Positions 60,823 to 64,000 of a stretch of 64,000 nucleotides of DNA are shown piece after piece. Source of the DNA: Bacteroidales bacterium (lineage in GTDB: Bacteria; Bacteroidota; Bacteroidia; Bacteroidales; WCHB1-69); NCBI GenBank assembly GCA_017962275.1, contig JAGCVQ010000094.1:541-64540 (forward strand), written 5' to 3'. Made by a program: the position numbers and the translations under genes. Under the pieces are notes generated by a model that saw nothing but the letters and a program-made list of their open reading frames with translations, did not search any database and had not been told where the DNA came from. How positions within the stretch are numbered: the stretch's first letter is position 1; every line of letters begins with the position of its first letter.

Positions 60823-62965
60823 ACCTCACCTCCAACTCCTGGTCCCCATAATGGAACACAAACGTCCCGGGATGATTCTCAAAATGCTGATACCCATCCA
60901 CAAACGTTTGGAAAAAGTCATCGTCAATCTCGAACGACACCCACACAGACTGTCCGGCGGGCACAAAAACCCGCTCGTATCCCACCAGTGTTTTCACCGG
61001 ACTTTTGGGATCCCCGCTGTTGGTCAGGTAAAGTTGCGCTACCTCTTCGCCGTCTCGGTCCCCAGTGTTCTCAATACGGAACGTAAAGGTATGTGTATTC
61101 TGGTCATATCGTCCGTCCGTATGTTTGAAATCCGTGTAACTCAATCCATAACCAAATGGATAAAGAGGAGTTTCGGTCATGTAGCGGTAGGTACGGTGCT
61201 CCATTTCGTAACTGTCAAACGGAGGAATATAATTACCTACACTATAGAATGTTACGGGAAGTTTGCCGCTCGGATTCACCTTGCCGAAAAGAACATCGGC
61301 CAAAGCTGTTCCCGCCGCCTGACCGCCGTACCAGGCTGCCAGCACCGCATCCAAATTCTCGTCTTCCCAATCCAAGGCCACCGCACCTCCGGAACAGAGC
61401 ACAAACACAACGGGCTTCCCCATCTTCTTGATTTTCATCAACATACCCTCCTGAATGCGCGGCAGATCGATGGTGGTTCGGTCGCCACCGTGAAACCCTT
61501 GCATCTCCACTTTCAGCTCCTCTCCTTCCAACTCCGGCGAAAGTCCGCCGACGAAAATCACGAGGTCGCACTTCGCGATTTGCTTGTCGAAATCATTCGG
61601 CAGACGGTATGTGCCATCAACGTGATGGCAGGCAGTGTCGAAATAGATATGAGGACGGTCCTTGGCGGGTAACTGTTTGATATAGTTGACGATACCTTCA
61701 TAAATGGTGACCGCATGACGGGGCGTGCCGTTATAGTTGCCACAGAGCATCACTGAATCCGCCGCATTGGGACCCACAATGGCGATGTTTTTGTACTTTG
61801 CAGGTTCCAACGGGAGGATTTTATTGTTATTCTGCAACAAAACTATACTTTTTTGTGCCATTTCGAGGGCTTTCTGCTCAAAGAGGGTCGTATCCGGCAT
61901 CTCCGTAAACGGCTGTTTCGGATCGAACATGCCCAATTCAAAACGGGCTTTGAGAATCTTAAACACATGATTATCAATAATGTCAATCGGCACCATCCCT
62001 TTGTCGTACGCCTCCTTCAAGGCATTCAATCCGCTGCCGCACTCCAAATCCACAACGGAACCGAACGCGGCGGTGGCAGCATCCGCAGCACTCGCGTGCG
62101 TCTCGTGCCTCGGAATAACAGTGTCGCGCTCCCAACAGTCGTTCAACGCCCAGCAATCGGTGACAAACAAACGATCGTAACCCCACTGCTCGTGCAAAAT
62201 ATTCACCAACAGCTTCTCGTTAGTGCAGCACGGCATCCCGTTCAGCCGGTTGTAACCGCACATCACCATGCCCACGTCCGTATGGTTCACAATATACTTA
62301 AACGCAGGCAGATAGGTCGTCCAAAGGGCCCGCCCACTGACGGTGGCATCGAACGAATGCCGGTCAGCTTCCGGACCGCTGTGCACAGCGAAATGCTTGA
62401 TGCAGGCGAGAGTCTTGTATCGACCGTCCACCATTTGCTGCAGGCCATTGACGCAGGCGGTACCCATGCGGGCGGTGAGGTATGGATCCTCGCCATAGGT
62501 CTCCATGCCCCGGCCCCAGCGCGGGTCGCGGAAGATATTGATGTTCGGGGTGAAAAACGTCAGCCCCGTATAGTCACCATATTCGCCAGCCTGCTGCGAA
62601 CGGTAATATTTCATCCGTGCCTCGTCAGCAATCATGCCGAACATCTCCTCCACCGCCTTGTCATCGAAAGTGGCGGCCAACGCGGTAGGCATCGGATAGA
62701 CCGTCGCGAAACCGTTGCGGGCCACCCCGTGCAACGCCTCGTTCCACCAACTGTAAGCCGGAATTCCCAACCGCTCAATGGCGGGATTCTGATGCTCCAT
62801 CATCCCCAACTTCTCTTCCAAAGTAAGCTGGTCCAGAAGCAGTTGCACCCGCTCGTCAATCGGAAGGTCCGGGTTGCGAAAGTCCTGCTGCGCCGCCGCG
62901 CAAAAGACGATGATGATTCCTATTAGGCTGACGAAGATTTTTCTCATATCGCTGATTTTAATCAA
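60818..62965 (-). CDS. Glycoside hydrolase family 3 (beta-glucosidase/xylosidase type)
   Basis: It has a signal peptide and the motifs WNEALHG, KHFAVHSGPE and VTDCWA. Length is 715 aa. Confidence 0.85.
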   Translation of the reverse strand: MIKISDMRKIFVSLIGIIIVFCAAAQQDFRNPDLPIDERVQLLLDQLTLEEKLGMMEHQNPAIERLGIPAYSWWNEALHGVARNGFATVYPMPTALAATFDDKAVEEMFGMIADEARMKYYRSQQAGEYGDYTGLTFFTPNINIFRDPRWGRGMETYGEDPYLTARMGTACVNGLQQMVDGRYKTLACIKHFAVHSGPEADRHSFDATVSGRALWTTYLPAFKYIVNHTDVGMVMCGYNRLNGMPCCTNEKLLVNILHEQWGYDRLFVTDCWALNDCWERDTVIPRHETHASAADAATAAFGSVVDLECGSGLNALKEAYDKGMVPIDIIDNHVFKILKARFELGMFDPKQPFTEMPDTTLFEQKALEMAQKSIVLLQNNNKILPLEPAKYKNIAIVGPNAADSVMLCGNYNGTPRHAVTIYEGIVNYIKQLPAKDRPHIYFDTACHHVDGTYRLPNDFDKQIAKCDLVIFVGGLSPELEGEELKVEMQGFHGGDRTTIDLPRIQEGMLMKIKKMGKPVVFVLCSGGAVALDWEDENLDAVLAAWYGGQAAGTALADVLFGKVNPSGKLPVTFYSVGNYIPPFDSYEMEHRTYRYMTETPLYPFGYGLSYTDFKHTDGRYDQNTHTFTFRIENTGDRDGEEVAQLYLTNSGDPKSPVKTLVGYERVFVPAGQSVWVSFEIDDDFFQTFVDGYQHFENHPGTFVFHYGDQELEVRY

Positions 62966-62968
62966 ACA

Positions 62969-64000
62969 CTATCGTACAATCAATTTCTTGGTGACAAACA
63001 TATTATCTTTCTGTATGTAAACAAGATATGTTCCTGATTTCAGCATTTTAGTGGAAATCCTGTTCGTTCCAGACTGCGCCTCGCCGAACATCACGCATTG
63101 TCCAGTTGCATTGTAAATCCGCCATTGCAACATCTCTTCCGTAGGATTCTCCAATGTGAAATATCCCTGCGTAACAGGATTCGGTGCAAGGTTAATTTTT
63201 GTTAAAACATTGTCGGGGATTCCAGCTTCAATAATAAAATACACCACATATTCCCGAAAAGTTTGATGTGGAGTGGAGGCCGTGTACGTTACGGGGTAGT
63301 AAAAGTTTTGTCCTTCGTTTTCAGAGGGAGAAATCGTAACACCAAGCGGTTTTACAATAGTGGGTTTAAGATTGGTGATATCAGGTAGGACACATCCATA
63401 AATATGGAAAAGAATAGAATCATCAGGAGTAATAGTCCCATACAGATTGTTATAATATTCCGGATAGGCAAGGCCAGGATTATTTTCCAAGAAAAAGTCA
63501 AACGATAAAATCTCCGGTTCTATCACATTGATAGGCAAATAATTGACAAGTCCGTATGAAGCATTGTCCGCCTGGTGGAAAATCACGGCTTCCGCTGCCG
63601 CGTCGTTGTCGCAGCCCCAATAGTTTCCGACGGCGTTCATGTTACTGAAAGCGTTGTTGTACAGCTCGTAGTCAACACCTCCGTTGCCGTTGCCGTACAG
63701 CACATTGTAACCGGGATCCTCGGCAGTGCCCATATCCACGTTATGGTAATTGATGGCCGTGACGCCCCACAAATTGCCCGTGATGAGGTTGCGACGCAGC
63801 TTGGCAGCGCAAGTGTTTTCGTAACCGTAGATACTGATTCCGCTGCCGCCGTTGTTCGGGGTGACTTCCAAATCGTTCTCTATGAACTGGTTGTCGAAGA
63901 TTTCCGAGGAAATGCGATAGCCCATTTGCGTATAACCATAACGGTTGTGCGCAATCACATTATCCTGCAACAGCACCTTGGTGATACCCGTATTCGTCAG
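62969..64000 (-). CDS. Secreted parallel beta-helix repeat protein with a T9SS C-terminal sorting domain. The N-terminus lies beyond the window.
   Basis: The frame is open to position 64000. It has beta-helix-like repeats (NLITGNLWGV, NVLYGNGNGG). The C-terminus INLAPNPVTQGYFTL...GTYLVYIQKDNMFVTKKLIVR looks like a T9SS CTD. Confidence 0.55.
   Translation of the reverse strand: MTNTGITKVLLQDNVIAHNRYGYTQMGYRISSEIFDNQFIENDLEVTPNNGGSGISIYGYENTCAAKLRRNLITGNLWGVTAINYHNVDMGTAEDPGYNVLYGNGNGGVDYELYNNAFSNMNAVGNYWGCDNDAAAEAVIFHQADNASYGLVNYLPINVIEPEILSFDFFLENNPGLAYPEYYNNLYGTITPDDSILFHIYGCVLPDITNLKPTIVKPLGVTISPSENEGQNFYYPVTYTASTPHQTFREYVVYFIIEAGIPDNVLTKINLAPNPVTQGYFTLENPTEEMLQWRIYNATGQCVMFGEAQSGTNRISTKMLKSGTYLVYIQKDNMFVTKKLIVR

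Overview
This is a chromosomal segment that looks like Bacteroidota, probably Bacteroidales. The evidence is several T9SS C-terminal sorting domains, a PorQ-like gene, TAnnTTTG promoter boxes in place of -10/-35 plus Shine-Dalgarno signals, and GC3-rich coding sequence that produces many long antisense shadow ORFs. I call about 57 protein genes, mostly housekeeping: rlmN, miaB, der, yicC, an exbB-exbD cluster, serC-serA, pdxA-coaX, lptC, pepT, queA, purM, nfo, murB, yggS, sufE, trkAH, rpe, trmO and a GH3 enzyme. There are two pseudogenes. There are four stand-alone tRNA genes, each apparently with its own promoter: Ser-GGA, Arg-CCT, Glu-CTC and Arg-CCG. One large minus-strand cluster runs TolC, membrane-fusion protein, FtsX permease, ABC ATPase, FtsX permease, sigma-54 response regulator, histidine kinase. 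I see no rRNA, CRISPR array, transposase or integrase. Product names come from motifs I recognise by eye, because no database search was possible. The most unusual content is non-coding. Intergenic DNA is packed with (i) short arrays of degenerate 7- or 8-nt words at gene ends, (ii) a roughly 75-nt three-hairpin REP-like element with stem covariation that sits just upstream of start codons in a fixed polarity, (iii) 30-bp palindromes with conserved arms and variable palindromic centres, and (iv) a candidate sigma-54 promoter with tandem TGTAA-N7-TTACA dyads that is duplicated inside the efflux operon. That operon is also split by two low-GC cassettes on the opposite strand: a decayed hipBA module and a two-gene cassette of unknown function.
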